Part shown: positions 10,161 to 17,801 of the stretch, in pieces
Layout of the letters: each line of letters begins with the position of its first letter
Position numbering within the stretch: position 1 is the first letter of the stretch
NCBI RefSeq assembly: GCF_000145295.1
Contig: NC_014408.1
Location: forward strand, 1,284,170-1,308,169
From: Methanothermobacter marburgensis str. Marburg
Lineage (GTDB): Archaea; Methanobacteriota; Methanobacteria; Methanobacteriales; Methanothermobacteraceae
Reading direction: 5' to 3'
DNA: 24,000 nt
Translations under genes and position numbers: made by a program
Notes under the pieces: generated by a model
Seen by the model: the letters and a program-made list of their open reading frames with translations, nothing else
The model's database searches: none
Told to the model about the DNA's origin: nothing

Positions 10161-10556
10161 TTATGATGGTGTTTTAACCGCCTTATCGACCGGAAGGTCT
10201 GGGGGTGCCGTTATGATTATTGCCCCCTCCCTGGGCCTTATTATTATTTCACCCTCATCTATGACCCTGGTGTGGACTGCCACCGCACTGTTCTTTATGT
10301 GGCTGGACATGTCAATGCCATTAACCGTTACCCGCCTCAGGCCTGCGACAGGTATGAGGTAGTACTCTGATGGCCCGGTGTTTTCACTTATCTGGGGCTT
10401 TCCTGATGCCTCACCTGCCCCCCCTGAAAAGGTGGTTGTCACCACAAGGAAAATCAGTATTGTGAAGAGTATATCGATGAAGGGAACCATGTTGAACCTT
10501 GGCCTTCCATGGACCTTGTTCCTGTACCTCTCTGTATCCAGGACCATTTTTATCAC
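10161..10556 (-). CDS. exbD: ExbD/TolR-family biopolymer transport protein
   Basis: This 131-aa protein has a [19 protein letters not shown] transmembrane segment with the conserved Asp, followed by a small soluble domain. It overlaps the exbB stop by 4 nt. Confidence 0.8.
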   Translation of the reverse strand: MIKMVLDTERYRNKVHGRPRFNMVPFIDILFTILIFLVVTTTFSGGAGEASGKPQISENTGPSEYYLIPVAGLRRVTVNGIDMSSHIKNSAVAVHTRVIDEGEIIIRPREGAIIITAPPDLPVDKAVKTPS

Positions 10557-11392
10557 TGCCGCAGCTTACTCTCAATGATCTCGGCGCTCTTACCGCACCT
10601 TTCGAGTATTATATTGTTTATGCTCTTCTCAAGCATGCTGGGCTTGAATGCCACCACAAGGTTTGCCTCAGGGTCATCAACCGTCCTCACGCTGACAACA
10701 CCATCCGATTCCATGAGGGCCTCGACCACATCATCAACGTCTCCATCAACCCTTATCCTCATGATGGCGTACCCCCAGTTTGTCATCTTCTTTATGAGTT
10801 CAATCTTGTCTATCTCATCGTCTATCCTGCCTGTTATGTAGGAGTAGAGGGGCATGAGGATTATGGCAACTGCCAGTCCAAGTATTGTGGTTATCAGTGC
10901 AACATAGATCCCCTCAGCCATTGCAGCGGGGTCAGCGTTAACACCTAGGGCCCTGAATGTGTACCATATCCCTATGACGGTCCCTATAAGACCCAGCATT
11001 GGGGCGACCTCTATTATTGTCCTCAGCGTCCCAAGACCCTTTGTCATGTTGCTCATCTCAACAATGAAAACACGCTCCATCGCATCCTCAACCTCTGAAC
11101 GGTTCCTGTAGCCTATCTTGAGGGCCTCTGATATTATCTTTGATACTGGATTCTGGTACTGCCCTATCTCCCTGAGTGCCTCAAGTGCTCCGCCCTTCTC
11201 CATGGATTCATTGACCTTACCTATTATCTGGGGTGTGCTAACACGTGAAATCTTTCTTAGGTAGTGTATCTTCTCAATGGACGTGATAAAACCATAGACA
11301 CCTGTGATTGCTATTATGTATGTTATTACACCGCCGCTGCGGAACATTTCAAGTACTGTGCCAAAGAAGTTGAAAACTGGTTCGAGAAACAT
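10553..11392 (-). CDS. exbB: MotA/TolQ/ExbB-family proton channel with an extra C-terminal soluble domain of about 95 aa
   Basis: This 279-aa protein has three predicted TM helices and the PMLGLIGTVIGI signature. Residues from about 185 to 279 have no counterpart in canonical ExbB. A GGTGAG RBS lies 8 nt upstream of the ATG. Confidence 0.8.
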   Translation of the reverse strand: MFLEPVFNFFGTVLEMFRSGGVITYIIAITGVYGFITSIEKIHYLRKISRVSTPQIIGKVNESMEKGGALEALREIGQYQNPVSKIISEALKIGYRNRSEVEDAMERVFIVEMSNMTKGLGTLRTIIEVAPMLGLIGTVIGIWYTFRALGVNADPAAMAEGIYVALITTILGLAVAIILMPLYSYITGRIDDEIDKIELIKKMTNWGYAIMRIRVDGDVDDVVEALMESDGVVSVRTVDDPEANLVVAFKPSMLEKSINNIILERCGKSAEIIESKLRQ

Positions 11393-11430
11393 TTTTCTGC
11401 CTCACCTGATGGGTATTTACCGGAGAGGAT

Positions 11431-11441
11431 ATATTTAAAAA
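11431..11441 (-). promoter_or_regulatory. Candidate TATA box for the exbB-exbD(-purO) unit
   Basis: The minus strand reads ATTTTTAAATAT about 40 nt upstream of the exbB ATG. This would give a short leader containing the GGTGAG RBS. Confidence 0.35.
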
Positions 11442-11470
11442 TAGTGGTCTGGCTGTATTAAATAATTAAA

Positions 11471-12094
11471 TCAGTTTTTCCTCCTCTTCTGGACCGTGGC
11501 CCATGACTTCCTCACGAAGTCCGGGAGTTCATCGTAGCTGAATGATTCCAGAAAAGCCCTTGTGCGTGGGTCGCTGGGATAGCCAGAGCCGATGTCCCCA
11601 AGTTTCCTGTTCCTCTTCTGTATCCTCTCTATTTCAAGGTCCCTTTCGACCTTGGCTATTATTGACGCTGCTGCAACGGGGTAATACTTTGCATCTGCAC
11701 CGTGCTCGGCCTTCACCTCGATGTCGCCGAAATGAGACCTTATCTCCTCAGTCAGCCTCTCTGGTTTAACATCCACCGAATCTATTATGACGGAGTCCGG
11801 CTGTGCCTCTGCTATTATCCTCTTTATTGCTATCTTCTCTATCTCATTAAGGTTGAAGCCCTTCTCACGCATCCTGTCAATATCCGATGCAGATATCTTA
11901 ACCGTGAACACCCTTGAGATCCTTCTTATCTTCCGGGCGAGAAATTTTCTCCTCTCGGGTGTGAGCTTCTTTGAGTCCCTTATACCCATTTTCCGGAGTA
12001 TCGAGAACTTCCTCTCAGGGACCATAACACCCGCCACGACAAGGGGGCCTATTACAGGACCCCTCCCCGCCTCATCAATTCCAAGAACCTTCAT
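11471..12094 (-). CDS. rnhB: Ribonuclease HII
   Basis: This 207-aa protein carries GIDEAGRGPVIGPLVVA, DSKKL, and DSVD/AASIIAK catalytic motifs. Confidence 0.93.
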   Translation of the reverse strand: MKVLGIDEAGRGPVIGPLVVAGVMVPERKFSILRKMGIRDSKKLTPERRKFLARKIRRISRVFTVKISASDIDRMREKGFNLNEIEKIAIKRIIAEAQPDSVIIDSVDVKPERLTEEIRSHFGDIEVKAEHGADAKYYPVAAASIIAKVERDLEIERIQKRNRKLGDIGSGYPSDPRTRAFLESFSYDELPDFVRKSWATVQKRRKN

Positions 12095-12112
12095 CAGATC
12101 AGAAAAAAATAA

Positions 12113-13186
12113 TTATTTCATTGCCTTGAGCCTTACCTCAGGTTCAAGTGCCCTTGGTTCTGCAGCAACTATTGCGGCTCCCTTGGCAACCACTGTCATG
12201 GGGTCATCTGATATCTCGGCAGGAATGCCAACCTCATCCAGTATCCTCTCCCTGAGGCCCCTGAGCTGTGAGGTTCCACCCACAACAACAGTCTTGTTGT
12301 AGACCCCTGAGATGAGTTCAGGTGAGAGCCTTTCAAGTACCGCTGCTATGGAATCCACTATACCCTTTACAACGGGCTCAGCAGCCTCTGCAACCATTTC
12401 AGAGTCAATTTCAACCTTTTTAGGTTTGTTTGTCTCCATGCATTTACCTATAACCACTGTTTTGAGGTTTTCAAGATCCTCCTTACACTTGACCATCCCA
12501 ACCTCTATCTTTGCCTTCTCTGCCTCATGGATGCCTATCTCAACATTGTACTTCTCCTTCACCAGTTCAACAAGGTTGGTGTCAATATCATCCCCGCCGA
12601 CCCGGATTGTCTCAATGTCGGTTATGCCTCCAAGGGATATCACGACAATGTCACTGGAACCGGCCCCTATGTCAACAACCATGGTCCCTGACGCCTCTGC
12701 TATGGGCAGCCCGGCCCCTATGGCAGCTGCAAGGCCCTCACTTATAACCAGGACATAATTTGCCCCGGCCTTCCTTCCTATCTCCTCAACGGCATTTCTT
12801 TCAACCTCTGAGGCATCCCCTGGTATACCTATAACTATCCTGTCAATGGACTCAGAATCTCCTGCCCCCATCTCCATTGCATATACAAGGAGGGCCTCTG
12901 CCTGTGCAACGCTCTCAATAACACCCTTCCTCAGTGGTCTCACAGCGATTATGTCCTCAGGGGTTCTTCCGAGCATCATCTTTGCCTCTTCACCCACTGC
13001 AAGGACATATGATGGGTCCTCCTTCTTGACGGCCACCACAGAGGGAATCTTGTAGATATCAAATTTATCCCCTGCTGGTTTGGCAACCACGGTGTTGAGG
13101 GTACCCAGGTCTATTCCGAGTGTATTGGTGATTGCACTCTTCCTTTCCGGTTTCTCTTCAGATTTTTTCTTTCCAAATGAAAACAT
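12113..13186 (-). CDS. mreB: MreB-type actin homologue
   Basis: Motifs are GIDLGTLNT, RPLRKGVI, ISEGLAAAIGAGLP and MVVDIGAGSSDIVVISLGG. I place the start at ATG 13186 (MFSFGKKK...), not 13225. The minus strand there reads GAGGAGGAG TAG C ATG, so a strong RBS sits inside the last codons of the upstream gene. Confidence 0.88.
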   Translation of the reverse strand: MFSFGKKKSEEKPERKSAITNTLGIDLGTLNTVVAKPAGDKFDIYKIPSVVAVKKEDPSYVLAVGEEAKMMLGRTPEDIIAVRPLRKGVIESVAQAEALLVYAMEMGAGDSESIDRIVIGIPGDASEVERNAVEEIGRKAGANYVLVISEGLAAAIGAGLPIAEASGTMVVDIGAGSSDIVVISLGGITDIETIRVGGDDIDTNLVELVKEKYNVEIGIHEAEKAKIEVGMVKCKEDLENLKTVVIGKCMETNKPKKVEIDSEMVAEAAEPVVKGIVDSIAAVLERLSPELISGVYNKTVVVGGTSQLRGLRERILDEVGIPAEISDDPMTVVAKGAAIVAAEPRALEPEVRLKAMK

Positions 13187-13187
13187 G

Positions 13188-13829
13188 CTACTCCTCCTCA
13201 AATATGTCTCTAAAGTCAACTGCAAATATGTTGTTGCGGGATGCTATCTCATTTATCCTCTCAACATCACCTGATTCATGAACAGATATCAGCAGTGTTA
13301 CCAGGACAACGTCTGTAACCTTGAAGAGGGGGTCGATTATATTTCTTATAAATCCCGGAAGCCTCTCTGTAAGGTAGACGTCTGTCTCTATAAACCCGCT
13401 CGTTCTGTCCTCAAGGATGAAGGAAAAACCTATTTTATTCTTTTCAGCCTCCCCTGCAAACCTTTTCATATAGTTCTCAGGGGCGACAAGAAGCACAAGG
13501 TTGGGTTCGTTCTCAACGTAATATGGGGCTATCTTTATATAGGCCCCTCCCTTTTCCTTGCAGATAAGTGAAAGATCTCTTATTTTGTTGCTTTCGCCAT
13601 AAAGCATTATTAAATCAAAGCGTTTTCTTAAAAAGGAATCCTTGATGGTAACGTGTTCCCTGAAGAGTATCTTTACAAGATCCCTTGAGGTGATTGCCTC
13701 GTAGGCCACAGAGTTGACCATTTCCTCATTACCCGCAATCACACACCACAGCCTGTCTGAACTCTGGGCTGTTGAAACCTGTGCTGCCTTTCTGAGAACC
13801 TTTATCTTACTCTCTATCATCACCATCAC
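13188..13829 (-). CDS. Uncharacterised soluble protein (213 aa) translationally coupled to mreB
   Basis: This long ORF has coding-like composition, no TM helices and no motif I recognise. Its acidic FEEE C-terminus encodes the mreB RBS. The exact start among MMVM (ATG ATG GTG ATG) is uncertain. Confidence 0.6.
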   Translation of the reverse strand: MMVMIESKIKVLRKAAQVSTAQSSDRLWCVIAGNEEMVNSVAYEAITSRDLVKILFREHVTIKDSFLRKRFDLIMLYGESNKIRDLSLICKEKGGAYIKIAPYYVENEPNLVLLVAPENYMKRFAGEAEKNKIGFSFILEDRTSGFIETDVYLTERLPGFIRNIIDPLFKVTDVVLVTLLISVHESGDVERINEIASRNNIFAVDFRDIFEEE

Positions 13830-13963
13830 ATCTACTCTAAAAGGAACTTAAAAGAAAGTTCCTCTGCTCCAGAGGAAAACACATGCATATCAATCACAGA
13901 TTACATTTAATCTTCAGCACATGACTATATATATGTTTCACTAATATTATTCAACATCCAGTG

Positions 13964-14024
13964 AGGTGCTGATGAGTGAAAGACTGCATCCCTAGGTTAA
14001 TATACAGGTGCTGATGAGTGAAAG
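13964..14024 (+). repeat. Perfect 19-bp direct repeat AGGTGCTGATGAGTGAAAG (13964-13982 and 14006-14024) in the psd leader / divergent promoter region
   Basis: The match is 19/19 with a 42-bp period. Each copy has an AGGTG Shine-Dalgarno-like element followed by ATG AGT GAA. Confidence 0.9.
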
Positions 14025-14091
14025 CCAGGTGTTACTCTTCAAGAGGGTCTTCATGTGCCTCTACCTTACAATATTAGAATAGGTGAATTGT

Positions 14092-14772
14092 GTGTTTGTT
14101 AAGGGCGTTGCAAAAAGAGCCAGTTTTCTCATAAGTGTGGCCACCATCCCATTTCTCCTAGGCTACCACGCGGTCAGTATACTCATGTTCAGCCTCATAG
14201 CATTCATGATGCAGTTCTTCAGGGACCCTGAAAGAAATATTCCCTCTGAAGATAATATCATCGTTGCCCCCGCAGATGGTAGGCGTTTATCCGGCAAGAT
14301 AGACCGTATAAAAAGGGTAGGGTCCGATTATCCCCTCATTGACAGGATATTTCCCAATGGTGGTGAGGCTATTCTCATAAGCACCTTCATGTCACCATTT
14401 GATGTCCACGTAAACCGGGCCCCTGTTTCGGGAAGGGTGATATACACAGAGCATACTGACGGTAAATTCAGGGTTGCACGTTCACGTGTCCTCACCGAAA
14501 ATGAAAGGAACCTGATCGTGATAGAAACAGAGCATGGCAATGTTGGTGTGGTGCAGATAGCAGGGTTCATTGCACGGAGGATCGTTCAGTACGTCAATGA
14601 GGGAGACTATGTTGAGCGGGGGAGCCGTATAGGTATGATAAGGTTCGGCTCAAGGGTCGACCTCATACTGCCAGAAAACTGTGAGGTGCTTGTGAAGACC
14701 GGTTCAAGGTCTGTTGCCGGGGAGACTGTTGTAGCAAGGTTCGTAAAGCCTAAATCAGACCGCAAAAATTAA
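14092..14772 (+). CDS. psd: Archaetidylserine (phosphatidylserine) decarboxylase proenzyme, small Asd type
   Basis: Motifs are FFRDPER, APADG, HVNRAPV.G and the FGSR self-cleavage site. The ORF opens at GTG 14083, but AGGTGA at 14081-14086 favours the in-frame GTG at 14092. Confidence 0.85.
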   Translation: MFVKGVAKRASFLISVATIPFLLGYHAVSILMFSLIAFMMQFFRDPERNIPSEDNIIVAPADGRRLSGKIDRIKRVGSDYPLIDRIFPNGGEAILISTFMSPFDVHVNRAPVSGRVIYTEHTDGKFRVARSRVLTENERNLIVIETEHGNVGVVQIAGFIARRIVQYVNEGDYVERGSRIGMIRFGSRVDLILPENCEVLVKTGSRSVAGETVVARFVKPKSDRKN

Positions 14773-14813
14773 TTAGTCAGACACAACCATATACAACTCT
14801 GCAGGTGGCGCTG

Positions 14814-15497
14814 ATGAATGACAAAAAAATAACATCCTTCATATCATTACCTGATGTTTTATCGATTTTAAATGCTTCTTCAGGCTATTTTTCCATTTTA
14901 ATGTCCATTCAAGGGTATTTTAGTGCTGCATCTATTCTGATGCTTCTGGCTGTCGTTTTCGATTCACTTGATGGGTGGGTTGCACGCCGAACTGGTAGAG
15001 TTGATATTCATGGATTTGGCAAAAACATGGACTCCCTTTCAGATGTAATCTCATTTGGTGTTGCTCCAGCCATTTTTATCTACCTAACAAGTGCCCATTT
15101 TCGATATATTAATATATTAGTAGGTCTCTTAATAGTAATATGTGGCATACTGAGACTCTCAAGGTTCAATGTTCTCACAGGGGGTGGGAAGAACTTCACG
15201 GGACTTCCAATACCCGTGGTGGCGGTTGTTGTATCATCATTTTATCTCACAGGATTCTACAGTGAGAAGGTTGTGGGGGCAATGCTGCTCGCTGTCGGTA
15301 TCCTCATGGTCAGTAGCATTGAATACCCTCGTGTGGGGGGTAAAATGGCATCTATTGCTTTCATACTCATAACAGCAGCAATTGTAACAGGCATAACTGG
15401 AATTCTCACTGTTCCCACAGCAATCATACTTTTTATGGCCACTGTGGCATACATTGCAGTGCCTATAACACCAATGAGACGTGATCTGAATGCTTGA
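14814..15497 (+). CDS. pssA: CDP-alcohol phosphatidyltransferase, archaetidylserine synthase type
   Basis: The signature D-G-x2-A-R-x8-G-x3-D-x3-D reads as DSLDGWVARRTGRVDIHGFGKNMDSLSDVISF, and the protein is polytopic. ATG 14814 is preceded by AGGTGG at 14803-14808; the ORF opens at GTG 14805. Confidence 0.85.
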   Translation: MNDKKITSFISLPDVLSILNASSGYFSILMSIQGYFSAASILMLLAVVFDSLDGWVARRTGRVDIHGFGKNMDSLSDVISFGVAPAIFIYLTSAHFRYINILVGLLIVICGILRLSRFNVLTGGGKNFTGLPIPVVAVVVSSFYLTGFYSEKVVGAMLLAVGILMVSSIEYPRVGGKMASIAFILITAAIVTGITGILTVPTAIILFMATVAYIAVPITPMRRDLNA

Positions 15498-16800
15498 TAA
15501 GATTAAAGGTAATGAAAAGGGGAATAAGAATAATCCTCCTGATCTCCGGAAAAACAACAGAAAAGGTGACTCGAAAATTGGAGACAAACTCAAGGGACTT
15601 GTGGGTAAATTCGGTGGCGGTGAGGGCTCGGATAAGAAAAAACCCAGGCCCATGCCAAAACCCCGGCCCCGGCTGAAAACCCCTGAAGAGCCAAAGGCCA
15701 GAAAAGCCCCTGAAAAACCTCTCAGGGGTGGTGAACAGCCTAAGCCCAGACTTACACCACCACCCAAACGACCTGGAGGCCCATCAGGAGGTATAGGTCG
15801 GAAAATTCCAGATGAGGACCAGAAAACCCTCGTTGGTGCCCTTGTCTTTGGTGTTATTCTAATGGTCCTTGCTGGTGCAGGCTACTACTTCTTAGTCTAC
15901 CAGCCATACCAGGAGGTGCTGCAGAACGCCAAGGCCACAAAGATCGCTGAGGTGGACGCACTCTTCAAGGGCCCCCTTGCAACCGACCCCCAGAAGCAGG
16001 CCATACTTGCACAGATAGATGCCGCTGTTACACCCGAGGAGGCCCTGGCGGTTGATGTTGTGGGTCCCGCAACACAGTCATGGCGTACCTATCAGAACCA
16101 GCAAATAAATATAAAAAAGGACCGTGTTGGCAGGGTCATGGTTAATTACACAGATAACGACCAGCAGAAGCGTGTGATAATGAAGGTTGCTGATGCAAAG
16201 AAATTTGTGAGCCAGGCCGATGCAACCGTGCTTGCAAATACACAGATCCAGACCCCTGATACCGTTGCTGTGCCAATAATGATCACGAGACTGCAGGCGG
16301 CAGGCGGCCTTATAAGTGTGGGTAACATGGTCGACGTCTACCTCAACCAGAACGCCACCGAGAACAATACATCAGCTGCAGCATCAACACCAAGAATAAG
16401 CGGGGCTACTGTACTTGCAATTCTTAGATCCAAGGACAGCGGTACAGTGGACGCGCGCATACTAAACACTCAGCGGTTAACACTAAACACAATAACCTCA
16501 CAGAGCGAAAATGAAAGAACATCATCAACAGATGTGGAGCAGCTCCTGCGGGCGGCTGCCTCAGGTGGTCTGAATGAAGCCGAGATCAATGCTATACTCC
16601 AGAACTACGGTATAAGGCTGTCCAACTATGAGAGGTCATCAAATCTGGGAGAGCTTGATGCCAACTACCTCATAATACTCGAGGTCCCAAGGGAGGATGT
16701 CCTCTTCCTGATACAGAACATGAACAGCATCGTTCTGACTGTGCCAACACAGAACGCCCCTGACTGGATGATCAGGGAGCTTCAGAGCATATACGGCTGA
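15490..16800 (+). CDS. Bitopic membrane protein: basic Lys/Pro-rich cytoplasmic tail of about 110 aa, one TM helix, and an extracellular CpaB/RcpC-like (SAF / beta-clip) domain
   Basis: The TM helix is LVGALVFGVILMVLAGAGYYFLVY (aa 113-137). A CpaB-like core is VAVPIMITRLQAAGGLISVGNMVDVY, and a CpaB-like C-terminus is YLIILEVPREDVLFLIQNMNSIVLTVP. N-x-T sequons are present. The ATG overlaps the pssA stop (ATGCTTGA). Confidence 0.6.
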   Translation: MLDKIKGNEKGNKNNPPDLRKNNRKGDSKIGDKLKGLVGKFGGGEGSDKKKPRPMPKPRPRLKTPEEPKARKAPEKPLRGGEQPKPRLTPPPKRPGGPSGGIGRKIPDEDQKTLVGALVFGVILMVLAGAGYYFLVYQPYQEVLQNAKATKIAEVDALFKGPLATDPQKQAILAQIDAAVTPEEALAVDVVGPATQSWRTYQNQQINIKKDRVGRVMVNYTDNDQQKRVIMKVADAKKFVSQADATVLANTQIQTPDTVAVPIMITRLQAAGGLISVGNMVDVYLNQNATENNTSAAASTPRISGATVLAILRSKDSGTVDARILNTQRLTLNTITSQSENERTSSTDVEQLLRAAASGGLNEAEINAILQNYGIRLSNYERSSNLGELDANYLIILEVPREDVLFLIQNMNSIVLTVPTQNAPDWMIRELQSIYG

Positions 16801-16853
16801 CTAAGCCAAAAAATTTATTAAATTTTTATTTAATATTCTAGGTGGGGATGTTT

Positions 16854-17780
16854 ATGAAAAAATGGGTGTATGTTGTTATAGCTGCTGTGTTCATGCTTTC
16901 CATTCTGGGAGTCTCTGATACAGGGTCAGCTGCCAAGGAGACATGGGTTTCTGAAAAACCATCTGCAACCAGTTTCAGGTTGAAGGACCTGACCGCTGTT
17001 ATAACCGTAAAGATAAAGAACAATGACAACAACGTCCAGTACTTCAAGATAGGGCAGGTATACCAGGGAAGCCTTTCAGAGAACAGTACAATTAAATGGC
17101 TCATCCAGTGGACGAATCCAGCGGCGGTTAAAATGGTCAAGTCAAGGACGCCTGAACTGGGGGGTGACTACGGCTGGAAGGTGAAACCTGGGGAGACAAA
17201 AACAGTGTCATTTGGCCTCAGGGCCACGGGGGATATGGGTGAGATACCCAGTTACATCGTTAATGTTGAGTCAGATAACAGCAATTACTGGCCACTTATA
17301 AATGAGCCTGGCCTCATGTCCTCATGGTTCATGCCCAATGAGATAGAGGTCCTAAACCCATCACTGGATCTCAGATACTGGAAGGGGACCTTTGGGTTCA
17401 CTCTGATCAACATCGATGAAGAGAAGGTTTCAGGTATCGTGAGGGCCCCCATTGCCCCTGCAAACTCAAAACTAGTGTACAGTTCACCCAAGGCATTTGT
17501 GGATGATGACCTCTTTGTGAGCACACAGGTTGCTGCATGGGATGTCACAATGGACCCGGAGACCTCACAGAGGTTCGTATACACCTACGAATGGCCCGCT
17601 AAGGTAAGCGGAGGTAACGGTTCAACCAGTGGTGGAGGCTATTACCCGCCAGGCACTCTTCAGGGGACAACCGGTTCATCATCTGTTCCAGGTGCTAAGA
17701 CAGGTGCCCCCTACGGTCCACTGGTGATAGGTGTGCTTGTGACTGCAGCCGCAGTTGCCTACACAAAGATCATACGTTAA
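16854..17780 (+). CDS. Secreted surface protein with a signal peptide and a C-terminal sortase-type tripartite sorting signal
   Basis: The signal peptide is MKKWVYVVIAAVFMLSILGVSDTGSA. The C-terminus is VPGAKTG-APYG-PLVIGVLVTAAAVAY-TKIIR, giving a motif, a hydrophobic helix and a basic tail. A Gly/Ser/Thr-rich stalk precedes the motif. The ORF opens at GTG 16842, but RBS GGTGG at 16841-16845 favours ATG 16854. Confidence 0.7.
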   Translation: MKKWVYVVIAAVFMLSILGVSDTGSAAKETWVSEKPSATSFRLKDLTAVITVKIKNNDNNVQYFKIGQVYQGSLSENSTIKWLIQWTNPAAVKMVKSRTPELGGDYGWKVKPGETKTVSFGLRATGDMGEIPSYIVNVESDNSNYWPLINEPGLMSSWFMPNEIEVLNPSLDLRYWKGTFGFTLINIDEEKVSGIVRAPIAPANSKLVYSSPKAFVDDDLFVSTQVAAWDVTMDPETSQRFVYTYEWPAKVSGGNGSTSGGGYYPPGTLQGTTGSSSVPGAKTGAPYGPLVIGVLVTAAAVAYTKIIR

Positions 17781-17801
17781 TCATCCCACCTTAACTTTTT
17801 T

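Noticed and set aside
10499-10948. 149-aa and 110-aa + strand ORFs
   Set aside because: They are antisense to exbB/exbD, which have clear family signatures.
11787-12302. 171-aa + strand ORF spanning the rnhB/mreB boundary
   Set aside because: It is antisense to two strongly supported genes, is Ser/Ile-rich, and has no start context.
13969-14024. C/D-box sRNA or hammerhead-like core (CUGAUGA ... GAAA) in the 19-bp repeats
   Set aside because: For a C/D sRNA, no CUGA D or D' boxes lie at about 12 nt spacing, and the 42-nt C-to-C' distance is too long. For a hammerhead, only GU lies between CUGAUGA and GAAA, so there is no helix II. I kept it only as a repeat/uORF observation.
14014-14772. Read-through or pyrrolysine decoding of the in-frame TAG (14080-14082) joining uORF2 to psd
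   Set aside because: Pyl machinery is known from Methanosarcinales and relatives, not Methanobacteriales. The Psd N-terminus is complete without the extension, and a good RBS plus GTG follows the TAG.
15237-15767. 176-aa minus-strand ORF with a Gly/Ser/Pro/Phe-rich sequence
   Set aside because: It is a shadow of the Lys/Pro-rich codons of the CpaB-like gene and the pssA 3' end. It is low-complexity, and no RBS is present.
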